Source: Eledone cirrhosa
Lineage: Eukaryota
Direction: 5' to 3'
DNA: 64,000 nucleotides
Assembly: GCA_964016885.1 (NCBI GenBank)
Contig: OZ024743.1
Location: forward strand, 152,644,001-152,708,000
The translations under genes and the position numbers were made by a program. Below are positions 47,105 through 59,437 of the stretch, in pieces; the stretch's first letter is position 1, and each line of letters begins with the position of its first letter. The notes below the pieces were generated by a model. It worked only from the letters and a program-made list of their open reading frames with translations. It made no database searches and had not been told where the DNA came from.

Positions 47105-47112
47105 ATTTGCAT
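47105..47112 (-). promoter_or_regulatory. Octamer motif ATGCAAAT upstream of the R2 hammerhead
   Basis: atttgcat on +; equivalent motif at a similar distance in R1 (35206, one mismatch) and R3 (56941). Confidence 0.4.
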
Positions 47113-47710
47113 AGAGTGTGAGTACGCACCGGTTCAGCGGAGACGATAAAAACAAATAACGAAACGAAATTAAATTTCGTTTCGTTTGTAACTCACTTTT
47201 GTATGACTGACGCTTAAACAATTAAGTTAAAAAAATTACATCTACATATGCATACTGAAATACTAGTGTGTATATGAATACACACACGTATACATATGTA
47301 TATGTAACAAGTCTTTCACTGGTTGCTTTACTGTGAGCACCCAGCTATTCAGTATGTAAACACACAGACAAACCGGTTTGGAGAATAGAGGGAAGGTGTT
47401 CCCTCAAAAACCAGTATGACTCTAAAAACCGGTTTGTCTGTGTGTTTACATACAGAATAGCTGGGTGCTCACAGTAAAGCAACCAGTGAAAGACTTTTTA
47501 CATATACATATGTATACGTGTGTGTATTTATATACACACTAGTATTTCAGTATGCATATGTAGATGTAATTTTTTTTGAACTTAATTGTTTATACATATA
47601 TATATATACATTTTTATACATATATATATATACATTTATATACATATATATATATATACATATATACATATATATATATATACATATATACATATATATA
47701 TATATACATA

Positions 47711-49065
47711 CAGTATTTACGTATCGTGAAAGAGAAAAAAAGGGGAGGATAGGTGATACATATAGTTATTTGCCAAGTAGCGTATGCCAAAGGTGCTCGA
47801 TACTAGTGCCGGCAGTATTAAATATTCGAAGTGTTAATATTTAGTGGGCTAGAGAGTTAGCAGAGCGTAAGCACGTGGGAAAGTAAAAAATCGGAGAATA
47901 GACCGTTAAAACATGTTTATTTAAAACAGCACCTACGTACGTTTCGCCCAGCTGGGCTTCTCAAGGGCATAAATAATCACAAGTGTTCCTTATATTGCTC
48001 GGAAAGATTTTTGGGGTTAAATCCACATCAAGGTTCATTGCTCGCAAAAATATCTTGTTTTGATTTTAGAGCAGGTCAAGGGAGGTAACTCTGGCCGGTG
48101 TTAGGGCAGTCTTTCCCGCACAATTTTTTTTCTTGCCGCATCTGTTTGTCTGAGGCTGGGTCTGGTATGCAAGGATTGTTTCCTGGGTGTTATTTTGCAG
48201 CGCCTGCCCGCCGGGGTGTTAAGACTTGTTGCAGGGAGATCCGGTGTACGGTTTCACTCCTCATCCTTAACCCATCTGAAGAAAGATATTTTTAAGCGAT
48301 GTGTACAAATTAACGCTGTTTCAGCTCTGCTGTTGATGAGTTCGTGGGGTGCAGTTATGATGTGGTAGAGCTCCATGAGGCAAAGTTCGCATTTCCTCTT
48401 GAAGTTGTACGGTGCAGCCCTGCCGACAATCTCCCAGTGCGTGGAGAAGCTGATGTTTAAGTCCTTTAGTGATGTGATGTAGTCCGCGAGCGAAGTGGAG
48501 TGCCTTAGTTTTCTATTTGTGAAAGAGTGGAGATGTGTTCGAAACCTAATTTTGAACGGGCCGGAGGTAGCCCCTATATAATGTTTAACGCTATTGTGGC
48601 TAGTAATAGTGCATCTATATATAACCCTATCAGTCAAGCAGTATCCTCTAAGAGGGCAGCGTCCTCTGTCGCGGCAGTTGCAATTTCTGTTGCGGTTCCG
48701 TCTATTTCCCACGGTAAGGCTATCATTGTTGCTGCCTACGTTGTTACCTACGCTACCACAGCTGTCGTTAGCACCATTACAACCCACAGCACGCGGGGTG
48801 GTGCGATTGTTATACCGCACGTCATGTCCTGCATGTTCCTCAGTCATTTCGCGGTTATGCTGGTTGCGTCTGCGGATGTCGTTGCCAACACTATTGGATG
48901 CTGCCAGGGAGTTGTTAAGGCCGATATAGTTATTGTCAGGTGTGGGCGCGTCTGTGTCGAGGTGCTGTGTCTTGGTGATCTTACTGTGGTTCGTTGTTCC
49001 TATGATGTCTGCTAGATTAGGAGTAGTAGAGAAGGATATTTTTATATTGTTCCTATTAAGGACCT
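47711..49065 (-). mobile_element. 5'-truncated Naiad-type PLE (family F), GIY-YIG 48254-49065
   Basis: VLNRNNIKISFSTTPNLA...NCNCRDRGRCPLRGYCL..VIY..YIGATSGPFKIRFRTH..STSL..KCELC..INSRAETALICTH. Confidence 0.9.
47929..47968 (-). ncRNA. Hammerhead ribozyme, U3-A8 core variant
   Basis: gccc-TTGAGAA-gccc.agct.gggc-GAAA-c.gtac.g-TA-ggtgc. Confidence 0.75.
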
Positions 49066-49069
49066 TTTG

Positions 49070-50672
49070 TGACTCACACTGAATTCGGAACCCGAACTTT
49101 ACACTAGGTACAATCTGTTACCATTCCATCTCCTCCATCCTCTATATCTGTATATATATGTACAACTTATATTATCTTACTACAACTTGATCTATATTGA
49201 CTCTTATTTACCTTTATTAATTTTTTTACTATCTCATTAATGTATATTTTATTATTTTATTATTTTCTATTATTTTATTAATGTATTTTTTATCAATGTA
49301 TTGGTATTTTTTTGTAACTTTTCCTTACTCAGGTCATTATGCACCTTCATATCCCCCTAACCACCTAAGAACCACACTACCTATAACCCGGACTAACTAG
49401 GACTTTAAAATAATTTAAAATAATTTTGATCTATTTGCACTTTTCATTGTTTGACTTGTGTGGTGGCTTTTTCCCGGCTGCGCGCTGGGCACTCGGAAAG
49501 TTCAGCCTTCCTTGAGTGCTCGGAAAAATAAATTTCTCCTCTTTTGGTAAATGAAATTACTCGGAGTGGCTTGCTCTGCCCCAGTACCACCGCGCCGCCT
49601 GTTTTGGCCGCCTAATTATCCCTGTACCTACAAACTCCAGGTTTGGGCACAACTATTAGCTGTATCATGCCTCTATTTTCACGTAAATAAACCCCTAATG
49701 TGTGATTTAATAGTATTCGTGGTATAGACGATGGCTTGTCGAAATTGTGGGGTTCCCGCTTGCGATCCCGGGGCCAAAGTTAGCTACGTTCCTAGAGTAC
49801 TCGGAAAAATTAATTTCCATTTCTTTCGCTGGACGATACCACTCGAGACTGGCTGACTCATGGTGTTGGGTGTGCTGGCTGGGACTCCCAATCGAAATCT
49901 TTACTCTATATCCCATCCTAATATCTTATTGAGTTAAATAAAAAAAAATTTTTCTTATAAGACTCTCTCCGTAAGTTCGTTAAATAAATAAATCTCGCTA
50001 CCTCTATTTTTCAATTTACCATTTTGCAATATAATATTTTTAATTTAATTTATTTCATCCTATAACTCGCAACATAAGTTTAGCGTTCCAATCTTCGGTT
50101 CACACATTAGACCATACAGACACCCACTATAGATTCTTTGGATAGCATTTTTTCACAGCATTTTCTAACATGAATGTAGTTTGACCCTTACACTACACTT
50201 CTTTCTCCCTTTCTTTCTTCCCCTTCTTCTTTGACAGAGTGGTGGTACATGATAGGCCTGCGCCCCCTTACCAGATATTCACTGGTAGTTTTCGGTTGCC
50301 AACACTTTGAGGGCGGCTGGCTGTGAAGCTAGTTGGTCAGCGGCCCTCTCTGTCTCTGGTTTCCCGGACCCAGGGTTTTTCGGACCCATGGCTTTTTACA
50401 TATTCCTTTGTTATATTTCAATACCTGATGATATCACCGGATTCATATGGAATCCGGTCATTGAAATGATCATAGTATAATAAACCTTTCAAGGATTTAC
50501 ACCAGTCCAGCCTCCTGTTATTTCATTTATAATTAACTCCGTATTCGCACCACCAACTACACAAACGAAGTTGGGTGAACTGCACTGCGTTGAGTACTCT
50601 TCACAATATTACACCAGGATTGACCATACGGAATGACCAATTCTATCCAGTGGTGAACCAACAAACCTTAAG
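49070..50672 (+). mobile_element. Probable PLE 3' UTR/pLTR with hammerhead at 50421-50478
   Basis: atac-CTGATGA-tatcaccggattc.atatg.gaatccggtcatt-GAAA-t.gatc.a-TA-gtat; ends in (TA)n. Confidence 0.65.
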
Positions 50673-50798
50673 AAATATATATATATATATTAATAAAAGG
50701 AATTCCAACTTTGTCTGATTTACTCGTTTTATTTACAATCCTTTAAAATTTATAATGGTATTAGAATGAAATAGTATGGTGGAATATTAAGTGTTAAT

Positions 50799-50837
50799 TG
50801 AACAAGTACTTTCATGCTTTCACAATCTTCAGGTTTA
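50799..50837 (-). ncRNA. Minimal hammerhead-like motif in a short TA-flanked insert (50692-50875)
   Basis: aac-CTGAAGA-ttgtgaaagcat-GAAA-g.ta.c-TT-gtt. Confidence 0.6.
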
Positions 50838-50875
50838 TAATGTGTGGTGACAGTCAAGTTTGCAATTTTCAACTG

Positions 50876-50909
<34 letters not shown>

Positions 50910-51200
50910 TATATCATCATCATCATCATCTCCGTTTAACGTCCATTTTCCACGCTAGCATGGGTTAGACGGGAGTTGTCCCAATTTGAGTCAAGGTTGC
51001 TCGGGTGACCATGTCTCGCTCATATAGGACTATCTGGCAGGTTTTCTACGGCTGGATGCCCTTCCTAACACCAACCACATTTACAGTGTGGAACTGGGAA
51101 CTTTTTACCGTGTTACCTACACGACCACATTACAGCGTGGACTGTGTTTTTTTTGTCATGACACCTACACAATCTCGATCTCATTATCTCATTTATTTAG

Positions 51201-51388
51201 GGCGGTGGATTGGCAGTATCGGTAGAGGGTCAGACGTTATGCTTTCCAGCATAGTTACGTCCCTTTACGATCTGAGTTCAAATCCAGCCGAGGTTGACTT
51301 TGCCTTTCATCCTACGGGGTCGATAAAATAAAGTACCAGTAATGCACTGGGTAATTGCTGGCCTTGTGCCTAAAGTAGAAACAATTAT
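51201..51388 (+). mobile_element. tRNA-derived SINE
   Basis: Full copy of the family at 3130; nested in an RTE-tail-like repeat starting at 50914. Confidence 0.85.
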
Positions 51389-51599
51389 CTCATTTATTTG
51401 GACTGGATCTTGTGGTACCAACTTTACAGAGAGAGGGTGGTGTTGGTGGGAGTGGGAGGATAGGGTAGGGGTAGTGGATTGTGGTGTATATTTGGTTAAG
51501 AGGTGCCTACTGACTGTAGGTTTCGCTTTGTACATAGGCAAGGCGGGTCTTCTGTATTACTGCGTAGCGCCAAAGATCTCGGTCCAGAGACATTGTCTT

Positions 51600-51801
51600 A
51601 GAGAGGTGCAAGTGTGTAAGGTCGGAATTTTTAAGATCGCCTCAGGTTTTTCTGGGTCTACCTACTCCGTAACTACCATCAATTTTGATCGCCCTGCACT
51701 TTTTTATACAGCTGTCGTCTTTCATGCACATCACGGAGCCATACCAATGTAGTCTTCTCTCAAGTAAACAGCATCTGATCCCTCTTATTCCTAATTTCTC
51801 A
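51600..51801 (-). mobile_element. RTE LINE 3' fragment
   Basis: EKLGIRGIRCCLLERRLHWYGSVMCM...GVGRPRKT. Confidence 0.7.
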
Positions 51802-51913
51802 CTTATATATATATATACATATACATATATACACCAGGGGCGAAGGGTCCGTGCATGCAACGGATGCAGTGCATGCATTATAGAATCTTGAGTTGATCAA
51901 TTGCGTCGGTTGA

Positions 51914-52142
51914 AGCAAGCAGAATTTTGGCTGCTTACTAAAACGTATAGACACAAAAAAAGATAACACACACATACATACGACAGCTTTGGGGCAAGCA
52001 GAATTTTGACTGCTTACTAAATCGTAGACACATAAAAAGATAACACACACACACACACACAAACACACGACAGCTTTGAGGCAAGCAGAATTTTGACTGC
52101 TTACTAAATCGTAGACACATAAAAAGATAACACACACACACA
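51914..52142. repeat. Three-copy tandem repeat, ~80-90 bp unit
   Basis: gcaagcagaattttg.ctgcttactaaa.cgtagacac...gataacacacac occurs three times. Confidence 0.9.
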
Positions 52143-53152
52143 CTAGATAACACTATATGCGGCTTTGACCGTGAGGGTCATTTAGAGGGAATTGGGGATA
52201 AGGCTGCACAGTCCCACTTTCCGGCATGACGATTGGACTGCATGCCCTGCTTTCCAGGTTACCCTTCACCACTGATATATACATATATATATACACATGC
52301 GTGTACAATAGACAGAAAACAGTTCAACGTTTGGATATTATTCATCCACGAATGAAGCCTTAGGTTTGAATAAATGAATATGCAGGTGAATGTGCGTGTG
52401 TATTTACATACATATAGTTATTCCACTGCAAAGTGGTCGTGGAGGTGCCACGGCAAAAAAGCACCCAGCACTCACTGTAAATGAGGTTGGTGTTAGGAAG
52501 GGCATCCAGCTGTAGAAATCGAGCCAGAATCAGTTCCCGTCCCACCCTTGCAAGCAGGGAAAAAGCGGACGTAAAATGAAATGATGATGAAATGATAGAA
52601 TTCTTACAAATTTGAAATGTTGATTGTATAAGATTTTCCACATTTGTATCTTAGTACATCTAACAATTTCAGGAATATATTTCAATTTTTCTCTCAAATG
52701 TAGACCAGATTCTATGGTGCTTATGTTTGAACTGCTGTTTCATGGCAGTGTTCCATGGGCCCTGAATGCAAAAGGTCTACAATGCCTAAAAATAAATTAA
52801 GTATGTATGCTATGCCTCATGTATAATGAATGTGGTGGCAAAAGTGGGCTGGGTATAAGAGGAATTGAAAGTAGCATGCTAGAGCGACAATTGTGTTGGT
52901 GTGGTCATGTGATTCATAAAAAGACAAGTATTCATTAAGAAATGCTGGGCGTTTGGAATGGCAGAGAGAGACCTTAGAGACCATGGGATGAAAAGAAATT
53001 GAACCTCTTGAAGAAGACAACACAAGTTCAAGCTGACTTGTGATAGACCATATTACAAAAGACATGCCCTCTGAACAAGCAATGCAACACAAAATGTAAA
53101 TGTAGTGAATGACTGCAGGTTACTCTTTTGGTATTGCAGCACATTATTTCCA

Positions 53153-53340
53153 TGGTGGATTGCCAGTATTGGTAGAGGGTCAGACGACATGCTTTGACGT
53201 GTAGAGTTATGGCCCTTACCATTCAGAGTTCAAATCCCGCCGAGGTTAACTTTGCCTTTCATCCTTACGGGTCGATAAAATAAAGTACCAGTAATGCACT
53301 GGGTAATTGTGGCCTTGTGCCAAAAGTAGAAACAATTATT
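53153..53340 (+). mobile_element. tRNA-derived SINE
   Basis: Same family as 51201. Confidence 0.85.
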
Positions 53341-54934
53341 TCCATATCTCTATATCTTTATCAGAGTAAATACACTTCACTGTATAGATTTATGGACCCA
53401 TAACTACTGGTGGATTTGTAGAGGGGCAATCTAGTGACATACAGTGCTTCTTACACAATACACACACACTCACATAATTCTGATTATCACTGTTTTACAT
53501 GCTGGCATGAGCTGGATGCATTGTCATGTTCTGAGACTAGACAGGTTGTATGATTAAGCCCTGTTCATATGTTCTAGTTGGGCATGGTTTTTACAGCTGG
53601 ATGCCTTCTCTAATTTTAATCGCATTAGAGTGAACTACCACTTTACAGAATGGGCTGAGTGCATTTTATCATGTCATCAGCAGTGCCACTTTATAGTGTG
53701 GGAATGGAATGTTTTATGATGGCACTGGGTGCATTCCACTGTATTGGGATTACTTCATCCTCAACAAAGCAAAGAAAAACGGCATTGGCAAAGAAGATGA
53801 GAAGAAGTGATAAGTGGTGCTGTGGCAGATACATGCTGGTTGTATGAGAGCTATCACACTAGGAGGCAGAGAGAGGAAAGGATAGTAAGCAGGAGTAGGT
53901 GCCAGATCATGTCGGTAGACTTCAAGGTATTGAGTGTCTAGCATCTCAGAGTGGGCAACATGCAGGGTGAAGATACTCCGCCTTATGAGCGTGTGGGTAG
54001 CATTTTTATTTATATAGCAGAAATATGAAGAAAAGTAAGACCAAGATGAAGGTGGTGGGTGGAATATAGTTTAAGAGCAGTGTGGCATATTGGCAGGTGG
54101 GCGGGGTATATTAATGTCGATGGTATATAATTGAGGTTTATATTATATCAAATATATGTTTTCCATATCACACAATGCTGTAGACCGACTGTAGATACTA
54201 TCTAGATAACTATATTTTTCCCTTTTATATTAATATTTATAACATAACAAAGATAAACATCGATGAATTTGTTGACTAGAAACAATATATTTTATGAAAT
54301 ATGACAAATTCATGAGGTGAGATAATTCCTATGATTACATGTATATATGTATGTATCTTTTAATGTATCTATATATGAATGTTTGTATTGCTATATGCAT
54401 GTATGTATGTATGTGTGACTGTATGTATACAGTATGTATACAGTATGTATGTCTGCATTTATGTTTGTATATGTATTCATGAATATATGTATATATATAT
54501 ATATATATGTATGTATGCAGGACTGTATGTAAGTGTATCTGCATATGTGCACCTATATATTTGTGCATATCTATATTTGTATGAATGTATGTATGTATGT
54601 ATGAGTGTATGTGTGTACGTTGTCGTGTATGTGCATGCATTTAGGTATAATCACACACAAAAACAATAAAACATTAACTATAAATGCAGTCACTATATTT
54701 AAGTAGAGTATAAAATTTATTTTTACAAGGGAACAGTTGGTAGTGATTTTGAAATTTCAATAGCTATTGACTATGTCAGATTGTCTGATGAAGCTAATTC
54801 ACCTACAAAACCTTGACATCGCTGTCAATCATTTCCTTGTAAAAAGCTCTCTCTTTATTGCTCTGGGCATTAAACAGAGGTGATGAAGTGTATGTATATA
54901 TATATATATATATGTGTATGTATGTGTGTATGTA

Positions 54935-55460
54935 TGTGTGTGTGTGTATATAAATATATATACATATGTATATATATATATGTGCATGTATATATACATG
55001 TATATATAGATGTGTGTGCGTGTCTGTGCATATATAAATATATATATACATATGTATATGTATGTATATATATATGTGTGCATGTATATATACATGTATA
55101 TATAGATGTGTGTGTGTGTGTGTGCATATATAAATATATATATACATATGTATATGTATGTATATATATATATGTGCATGTATATATACATGTATATATA
55201 GATGTGTGTGTGTGTGCATATATAAATATATATATACATATGTATATGTATGTATATATATATGTGTGCATGTATATATACATGTATATATAGATGTGTG
55301 TGTGTGTGTGTGCATTTATAAATATATATATACATATGTATATGTATGTATATATATATGTGTGCATGTATATATACATGTATATATAGATGTGTGTGTG
55401 TGTGTGCATATATAAATATATATATACATATCTATATGTATGTATATATGTGTGTGTGTG
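54935..55460. repeat. Minisatellite, ~90-bp unit built from TA/TG/TATG blocks, ~5-6 copies
   Basis: gtgcatgtatatatacatgtatatatagatgtgtgt...gcatatataaatatatatatacatatg repeated. Confidence 0.9.
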
Positions 55461-55599
55461 GGTGTGTAGAGGCACATGTTCTCCAACATACTTCATTTCA
55501 TGTTGCTTTAGTACACTCGGCTGACATGTGCATTAACAATAACAGAGTTAACCCTGCAATCGACTGGCATCCTGACCAAGGGTGAGTCTTGTACTCTCA

Positions 55600-56200
55600 G
55601 TCACTTAACCTCTTCTTCTTCACCCACATATTCCTGAGGAGGCCATTGGGGCAAATTCTTCAAACTCTCCTTCCAGCGGGTTCTGTCAGAAGATCTAATT
55701 GATCCAGCTGGATCCCCAAGCGGAACCAGCCAAGTTCATTGATGTTATCCAACGACCTTGCTCAGGGTCTGCCCCTGGGTTTCGTGCCAGTTGATTTTTG
55801 CTTGTAAAATCTGACCAACGATTCTTTCCCCGACACATTCTAACCACATGCCCATAAAATCAGAGCTGTGATCTCTCAATTTGGAGAAATAGTGACTCTA
55901 CCTGAAGTGACTCTTTGATCTCTGAGCTATGCACTCTACAAAGACCTTTCAAAGGAATACCATTTTGGCCGCTTGTATTCTCAATCATATTCTTTTGGTC
56001 ATTACCCAAGGTTCCTGACCATAGGTATGGGTTTGCATGAATACTGAATTGGTTTTTACACCTACCTCCCTTCTTCTGATTACCAAATGCTGAAGCTGGC
56101 ACATTACTGCACCAGCTCCTGCAATTCTTGCACTTAATTTAGCCTCCTGCCTTCCATCACTTGTGAGCTGTTCTGCTAGAGAATGGGTTGCAGTTGGCAG
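55600..56200 (-). mobile_element. Decayed RTE-type LINE fragment
   Basis: Minus strand has LTSDGRQE..L..RI..AGAV, THTYGQEPWVMTKR, SSEIKESLQVESLFLQIERSQL, typical of the RTE C-terminus. Confidence 0.7.
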
Positions 56201-56638
56201 ATATTGATATGGCCACCAGATATGATGGTTATTTGCTATATATGTGGGCAACTGCTGCACAAATAAAGCCCTAGACCAACAGCGATAAACTTCTAAGGGA
56301 GATGGATCAATGGATGAGACCTGTTGCTTCTAAGATAACTCTTACAAACCAGTGATGTAGCTATGACAAGGTGAATAAGGGTACCTCTAAAAAAGCCTAG
56401 CCCTCATTGGTTTGAAAAAGTACCAGATTGGCGACTGACATGAATAAGACTACCAAAACTGTAATATGGTGAGAGGAATGAAAAAGAATCAATTGCTTAA
56501 CATCAGTGAAACTAGGATAAACACCTGACTAATGAGCCTCTGGGCTTGGGAAAGAGTTTAACTCATATATATATATGTATATATATATATTGTTATACTT
56601 TGGGAGAGTCATGTTGCCAATTACCAAATTCAGAAACG

Positions 56639-56680
<42 letters not shown>

Positions 56681-56681
<1 letters not shown>

Positions 56682-56967
56682 ATAAATGTAATCTGAGTTT
56701 TTCGAATATTAATAACATTCGATTTGTTTGCAATTATGCAAACAGGCCTCATTTTTAAAGCCATGTCTGTAGGATGAACCCTTCATTCTTGCTCTTGTGT
56801 TGGCATGTAAACAGAACTGCACACACTAATGTTTCTGGGTATCACCCCTCATCAGTAAAGCTCACTGTTCATCTGCCAACTGTCTGAGCTAGTGAAAATA
56901 TATGCTATTTTTCTAAAATATACAGTGACTGATTGGCCTGATTTGCATATTAGCAGATTACATTTAT
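56681..56967 (-). mobile_element. Diverged non-coding HHR-core element R3
   Basis: Twin hairpins homologous to R1; CTGATGA-ggggtgatacccA-GAAA core at ~56832-56855 (-); octamer at 56941; 15-bp inverted termini. Confidence 0.55.
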
Positions 56968-57009
56968 TGACTTCAGCCATGTTGAGCGAAATTTTTTTTT
57001 ATTTTAACA

Positions 57010-57057
<48 letters not shown>

Positions 57058-57457
57058 TAAACGAGATAATGTTTAAGGTTATCTATAGTAATCTACCAAG
57101 TAATCTGTACCAAGGAATATTTCAACGCGCGGTACTAGCTGACTCAAGAAGGTGTTTACTTTGGTTTTTCAGAAGATCAATTCCGGAAAGTTTTGTGGTT
57201 ACTAGTTCTTGGAGTATTAATAACAGATAAAAAATGACTAACACAGATAAGTGATATAATAAGGTTTTATTCCAAGCATTATCATATGTTTCATCTCTAT
57301 CATCAATATTTGATTGGTTATTGAGAAATTCTATTTTAAATACACAGAATAATGCAATCAATCGGTGAATTGTTTTGATAATTCACCTAATGATTGCATT
57401 ATTCTGTGTATCTAAAATCGAATTTCGAAATAACCAATCAACTATTGATGATAGCGA

Positions 57458-59437
57458 TTCCCATGCGCATCACATGTCCATACCATCGCAATCTTCTCTC
57501 CCGCACACTACAACTTATCCCTCTTAAACATCCATGCTTGGTCATTCACGTACATTGACATTGCACATCCAATGGATCATGCTTGCTTCATTTTTCTCCA
57601 GCCGTCACATATCCTTTGTAGTTGCTTCCCATGTCTCACTACCATGCAGCATCGCGCACCTCACACAGGCATCATATAACTGGCCTTTCGTACACAGGGA
57701 GAAACCCTTCTTCATCAGCAGAGGAAGCAGCTCCCTAAACTTCTTCCAAACCATCCTTATTCTAGATACTATGGCCTCGGAACACCCCCTCCCATGCTAA
57801 TCTGATCACTGAGGTACCGGAAGCTATCAACCACTTCTATAGAACCTACCTGCATTTGAAAATTGTGTCTATCAATGTGACTTCTACTGTCAAGTCTCCT
57901 TGTACATCTACTGCATACGTATTTTTTCCTGCCTCTTAGTTTGCCTGCTATCCCATTACATCTCTTGTGTACCCAAGATCTGCATTGTGTACATTTTATA
58001 GAATTTATGCCACTTCCTTTTCTACATATCAAACATGGCCATTTCCCTGACGGAATCAGAGTTTTGTCCTCTTTTCTACTTATCAACACTTTTGTCTTAG
58101 TTAGGTTCACTCTCAGTCCTCTTAATTCCAACTGCTGTTTCCATAGCCAGGATTTATTCTCTAGCTCCTCTCCTGCTACTCTGCTATAAGAACCAGATCG
58201 TCATCATAGAGAAGTTCCCATGGGCATCCAGTCTTAAACTCCTCTGTTATGGCTTTGAGGACTATAATGAACAAGAGCGGGCTGAGGTCCGAACCTTGAT
58301 GTACTCCTACTTGTATCTGGAATTCCTCACTAAACTCTATTCCTACTCTCACTTTACTGACAGCACCTCTGTACATAGCTTGCACTGTCCTCACAAGCCA
58401 TTCCTCAACGCCTAGTTTCCTTAGGGACCACTAGATGACAGATCAGGGTACCCTATCAAAGGCCTTCTCTAGGTCAACAAAAGATAAGTATAGTGGCTTA
58501 TTCTTCTCTAAGAACCTCTTTTGTAGTTGTCTCACTAAGAAGAGGGCATCTGTTGTACTTTTCCGCATCTCGTCTAGTTTGACACTTTCTCTAATTAGTT
58601 GCGTTAATATCCTTTCTGTCACTTTCATAACCTGATCCATCAGTTTTATGCCCCTATAATTGCTGCTCTCTAGAGCATCCCCTTTACCTTTGTAGCAATT
58701 TATGAGAATACTGCTGCACCAGTCTTTGGGTATGACACCGCCATATATAGCTTGATTGATGATGCGTGCAATCAGTTTAGTACCAACGTCCCCTGATGTC
58801 TTCAGAATCTCAGCAACTATCCCCGACGGCCCAGCGGCCTTACCACTTTTCATTTCCTTAATTGACTCTTGGACCCTACATTCATCAATCTCAATAGGTG
58901 GTCTCTCTGTCAGGTCTACTGGGGATAATTTCTCTCTTTCCCATTTGTTCTCCACATTCATCAGTCTCTCATAATGACATTTCCAGGCCTCCTTTTTCTG
59001 ATCATTTGTGACACTAAGTACACCAGCATCATTCCGGACACACTTATCTCCAACAACATCCTGATTTGCACTGACACACTGCCTTGCAATGTGGAACACC
59101 ACACGTATCTGTTCTTCCCATCGCAGAATATTGGCAAACCGCCTACTCTAAGCCTTGCTAAGTACACCTGCTGTTCCACCGCCAGGTCACTCTCTGTCTG
59201 GTTGGCGCTCTGCTCCAGCCACAAGTTTCTTCAGTAGCCTGCAGTAAGTTGTCACATAAGAAATTCCAGTCATCATCTATGTCATACAACTCTAAATCGT
59301 CTCTTTTTTGTCCTGCACATCTTGAAGGGCTTTCCTAAATTTATATTTTAGTGAAAGGTCTTTTAACTTCCAGACCTTTCTTTTCCTTACCTTCCTGTGT
59401 GTCTCATTCTGTCTCTTGCTTACTGAGATGTCACTAA
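57458..59437 (-). mobile_element. RTE-clade LINE, RT region, disrupted
   Basis: KAAGPSGI, YKGKGD...NYRGIKL, STTDALF, FVDLEKAFDRVP, GVHQGSDLSPLLF, LYDDDL, GLRVNLTKTK, FRYL. Confidence 0.92.

Larger units (their letters stand above)
46681..47592 (-). mobile_element. Non-coding HHR element R2: 467-bp monomer + partial tandem + inversion
   Basis: 46681-46912 repeated at 47148-47379; 47380-47592 is the reverse complement of 46748-46958; no ORF. Confidence 0.85.

Noticed and set aside
48527-49015. 162-aa plus-strand ORF
   Set aside because: Antisense shadow of the Naiad ORF; the same applies to shadow ORFs at 32102-33349 and 10762-12352
51914-52142. CRISPR-like repeat-spacer look
   Set aside because: Spacers are not unique, there are no cas genes and the context is eukaryotic; simple tandem repeat
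54780-54830. ctgatga...gaca hammerhead-like string
   Set aside because: GAAA is absent and the stems are weak
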